DNA of 63,472 nt, counting the filler, from Reclinomonas americana ATCC 50394 (lineage: Eukaryota), in assembly GCA_048213135.1 (NCBI GenBank). It is 7 parts of 2 records of this genome, joined end to end, with 100 filler letters (N's around TTAATTAATTAA, not from the genome) between each part and the next. Parts side by side here need not be neighbours in the genome. Positions count along the whole stretch, not along the records: positions 62,090 to 63,472 come from PS015576.1; 6 more parts are not named here. One strand, written 5' to 3'. Positions 62,880 to 63,472 of this stretch are shown piece by piece; the first letter of the stretch is position 1, and each line of letters begins with the position of its first letter. The notes under the pieces were generated by a model that made no database searches, was not told where the DNA came from, and worked only from the letters and a program-made list of their open reading frames with translations. The translations under genes and the position numbers were made by a program.

Positions 62880-62917
62880 GAGAGAGTGCGAGAAAGGAGA
62901 AAAAGGAGGAAGAGAGA

Positions 62918-62956
<39 letters not shown>

Positions 62957-63472
62957 AGAAGCGCTGAGATCTGAGAGAGAATACGAGAACGAGACAACGA
63001 TTAAGAGAGAGGAGGAAATGAGAGCAAGCGAGAGAGAACGAAAGGAGCAAAGTATGAGTGACACCGAAAGTGAAAGACATGCGCGCAGAACAAGAGAGAG
63101 AGAGAGAGAGAAAGAGAGAGAAAGAGGGATGACAGACAGCAACACATCACCGAAAGTGTGAAGACGAAGAGAGACGAAGCGAGACACAGGGAGACAAATG
63201 AAAAAGAAGAGAGGAGAAGAGATAGCGAGAGTGCCTGAGCTAAAGAGAGAGAGATGAGCGCAGAACGACGATATGAAGAAGGACAGAAGGACGGATTGGG
63301 AAAGAGAAAGAAGATTGAGACACAGCGAGTCAAGGGGGGGGGGGGAGAGAGAGAGAGAGAGAGAGAGAAGAAGAAGAAGTAGTAGACGACGAACGAAGAA
63401 GAGAAGAAAGAAAGAAGAGAGAAGAAGAAGAGAGAGAGGAGAGACATAGTAGAGACGAGGAGAGAGAGAGAC
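62880..63472. repeat. (GA)n-rich low-complexity tract, probably an NPC1 intron
   Basis: Long purine-rich GA/GAA runs on the plus strand. Confidence 0.85.

Noticed and set aside
1..63472. Alternative genetic code, CRISPR arrays, tRNA/rRNA/snRNA genes, transposases
   Set aside because: In-frame stops are explained by introns, genes end in TGA or TAA at expected positions, and I recognised no such elements by eye. Small ncRNAs could have been missed without a covariance search.

Overview
This is a gene-dense, GC-rich, intron-rich (mostly 60-100 nt) nuclear region from a microbial eukaryote, probably flagellated because a p28/DNALI1 first exon is present. It is stitched from 7 contigs joined by artificial N-TTAATTAATTAA-N spacers and has 3 internal N gaps. 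About 26 spliced genes can be read: two tandem mitochondrial carriers, UTP11, UTP6, a kinesin, a HIBCH 3' end, a PH/EF-hand protein, an SDR, PRP6, a long coiled-coil protein, Josephin-UIM-UBX, p28, VPS33, SIN1, a vWA protein, a UBE2Q-like E2, folliculin, BPI/LBP, vasohibin, NPC1 and several unknowns. The striking signal is the splicing system. (1) Besides ordinary GTGCGT/GTGAGT donors, I placed about 40 introns (roughly a fifth, manual count) with a donor one base longer, GT-T-GCGT (G at +6, not +5), nearly always with a non-G at exon position -1. (2) The two carrier paralogs share two conserved 3-nt microexons. (3) VPS33 has a U12-type AT-AC intron with an atypical polypyrimidine tract. Gene names rest on my recognition of motifs, not on database searches, and exon boundaries are inferred from frame and homology, not RNA data.
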